Positions 53,012 to 54,649 of a stretch of 54,649 nt of DNA are shown piece after piece. The DNA is taken from NCBI GenBank assembly GCA_039590175.1, contig JBDHFW010000001.1, positions 1 to 54,649 on the forward strand, read 5' to 3'. The stretch's first letter is position 1. Each line of letters begins with the position of its first letter. The translations under genes were made by a program, and so were the position numbers. Under the pieces are notes generated by a model. That model saw only the letters and a program-made list of their open reading frames with translations. It was not told where the DNA came from and ran no database searches. Origin of the DNA: Gemmatimonadota bacterium. Its GTDB lineage: Bacteria; Gemmatimonadota; Gemmatimonadetes; Palauibacterales; Palauibacteraceae.

Positions 53012-54442
53012 GTGAAGGCGGACCGAGTGAAGTGTCGCTGCCGCCCGCGCGACCCCTGGTACGCGACTCCGCTGCTCGCGGCGGCCATTCTCCTGGGTGC
53101 TGGTGCCGACGCGCAGGGCCAGGACTCCCACTACTGGGCGACTCAGTACGGCAACCGCTCGCGGCTGCTGGCGGGCGCGGTGATCGGCAGCGTGGACGAC
53201 GTGAGCGCCGTCTTCTACAACCCGGGCGCGCTGGCACTGATCGAGTCGGCGGAGCTCCTGCTGTCGGGCAACGTGTTCGAGTATACGTCGGTCAACTACT
53301 CGGGTTTGGTGGGGGGTGATGAGGACTTCGACTCGAACCGTTTCAAGTCGGTGCCCTCGATGGTGGCCGGGGAGTTCCCGTTCAAATTCCTCGGCGAGAA
53401 TCGGTTGGCCTACTCGTTCCTGATTCGTCAGGATTTCGACTTTCGGATTCGGGAGAGGAACGTGTTCACCGGCGAGGAGCTCGGCTTGCCTGGGCTGGAG
53501 CAACTGGCGGGTGATGTGCGGATCGACCAGGACCTCACGGAGTCGTGGGGCGGGCTGACCTGGGCCCGTGCGGTGGGCCCGGTCTCGGTGGGCGTCACGC
53601 AGTTCATCGCGGTTCGAAGCCAGCGCACCGAGTTCCAGATCGCCTCTCAGGCGAGCGACGTAGCCGGAGAGTCGCTGATCGCGATTCAGAACCGGGACTT
53701 CCGCTATAGCGCCTGGCGGATCATCTGGAAGGCCGGGGTGAGCAAGATCGTCGGCCGCTGGCAGGTCGGGCTCAGCCTTACCTCGCCCGGCGTCTCGCTC
53801 GGGGGCAGCGGTGACATCGGCTTCGACAGCACGTTCGTGATCTCGGGAAGTGACCGGCCCGAGCTGAGCGGCGGGCTCGTCACCACGACCCAGGATAAGC
53901 TGCCGGCCCGTTACAAATCGCCGCTCTCGATCGGCCTCGGGGGCGCCTACACGTTCAACCGTGAGCGAGCGCGGGCACATTTTGCGGCCGAGTGGTTCAA
54001 CAGCGTCGGCGAGTACGCGGTGATCGACTCGGAGCCGTTCATCGCGCCCGAGAGCGGCGACACGATCAGCTTCGATATCACGCAGGAGCTCAATTCCGTC
54101 TTCAACGCCGGCGTGGGGATCGAGAACCAGTTCAGCAAGCTGCTGGGGGCCTACGCGGGATTTCGCACGGACTTCAACGCCGGGCTGGAGGAGCCTTCCA
54201 AGGGCGGGCAGTTCGCCGCCAACGTGTCGCGCTGGGACCTGTACCACGTAGCCTTGGGAAGCACCTTCACGATCGAGCGCTCGCACTTCACGCTCGGCAC
54301 GGTCCTTTCCTTCGGCCAGAGCGAGCCGTTCGACCCGCTGGATTTCCTGCCCGGCATCCGGCCGCCCGACCAGCAGCGGCTGGCCGAGGCCGGCCTCTTC
54401 CGCATCACCGTCATCCTCGGTTTCGGGCTGGCGGGGCTCTAG
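53012..54442 (+). CDS. FadL/TodX-like outer-membrane channel for hydrophobic compounds
   Basis: Signal peptide ...LGAGADAQGQ. N-terminal hatch-type motif VFYNPGALA (NPA-like). About 450-aa beta-barrel pattern. Only 22 nt downstream of the Rieske gene. Confidence 0.55.
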   Translation: MKADRVKCRCRPRDPWYATPLLAAAILLGAGADAQGQDSHYWATQYGNRSRLLAGAVIGSVDDVSAVFYNPGALALIESAELLLSGNVFEYTSVNYSGLVGGDEDFDSNRFKSVPSMVAGEFPFKFLGENRLAYSFLIRQDFDFRIRERNVFTGEELGLPGLEQLAGDVRIDQDLTESWGGLTWARAVGPVSVGVTQFIAVRSQRTEFQIASQASDVAGESLIAIQNRDFRYSAWRIIWKAGVSKIVGRWQVGLSLTSPGVSLGGSGDIGFDSTFVISGSDRPELSGGLVTTTQDKLPARYKSPLSIGLGGAYTFNRERARAHFAAEWFNSVGEYAVIDSEPFIAPESGDTISFDITQELNSVFNAGVGIENQFSKLLGAYAGFRTDFNAGLEEPSKGGQFAANVSRWDLYHVALGSTFTIERSHFTLGTVLSFGQSEPFDPLDFLPGIRPPDQQRLAEAGLFRITVILGFGLAGL

Positions 54443-54447
54443 GTCTG

Positions 54448-54649
54448 CTAGAGGAAGAGGCTGCTCAGGTAAGCTGTCGCCACCCCCAGGTAGTTGCCTA
54501 GCGCGTAGCCGATTAGCGCCAGCATGATCGAGACCGGGACCAGTTCCTCCCGGTGGTAGCCGGCCGCCACCGGCGCCGACGCCGCGCCCCCCACCGCCGA
54601 GACGCTCGACACCGCCGCCATGCTCACGTCCATCCGGAACAGCTTCGCG
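54448..54649 (-). CDS. 3' end of an integral-membrane protein gene (5' part outside the window)
   Basis: The frame stays open to the window edge. The hydrophobic tail ...VPVSIMLALIGYALGNYLGVATAYLSSLFL is present. Family not recognised. Confidence 0.4.
   Translation of the reverse strand, partial: AKLFRMDVSMAAVSSVSAVGGAASAPVAAGYHREELVPVSIMLALIGYALGNYLGVATAYLSSLFL

Overview
This is a GC-rich segment (roughly two-thirds G+C by eye) from a diderm bacterium with many outer-membrane proteins. I support about 45 protein-coding genes and found no rRNA, tRNA, CRISPR array, integrase, transposase or IS end. All calls rest on reading the translated ORFs for family motifs, signal peptides, Shine-Dalgarno sequences and start/stop overlaps. 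No database search was possible, so family names are recognition-level assignments.

Modules in order:
1. 1-9.4 kb: envelope and housekeeping genes. These are an SBP fragment, a DUF2490 OMP, a small OMP plus ABM monooxygenase, a DEAD-box helicase, a Tat-exported two-subunit GMC dehydrogenase, an 860-aa Omp85-type barrel with an unusual N-domain, and a DAD-type cupin.
2. 9.7-12.4 kb: an 889-aa tandem fusion of two tryptophanase/tyrosine-phenol-lyase domains whose catalytic motifs have decayed in a complementary way.
3. 12.4-21.8 kb: DoxX, a CDF transporter and OMPs, then a DUF3604 / chimeric remnant / arylsulfatase / MetA-type OMP cluster.
4. 22.9-35.2 kb: an eight-gene, translationally coupled minus-strand operon. 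It is related to the enterobacterial ygeW-ygeY-hyuA / ygfK-ssnA-xdhD 'selenium-dependent molybdenum hydroxylase' purine-catabolism set, but with non-canonical content. It has a truncated YgfK and two different PLP enzymes instead of YgeX, and no FAD subunit, carbamate kinase or maturation genes in the window.
5. 37.7-43.7 kb: glycogen genes glgP, glgB and glgA.
6. 45.0-54.4 kb: an eight-gene carotenoid operon, crtY-crtE-crtI-crtB-methyltransferase-CrtU-like oxidoreductase-Rieske protein-FadL-like OMP.

The two most unusual items are the variant Mo-hydroxylase operon and the fused pseudo-dimeric beta-eliminating lyase. No transcription-factor gene is recognisable anywhere in the window. Many long ORFs in the six-frame track are antisense shadows typical of high-GC DNA and were rejected.
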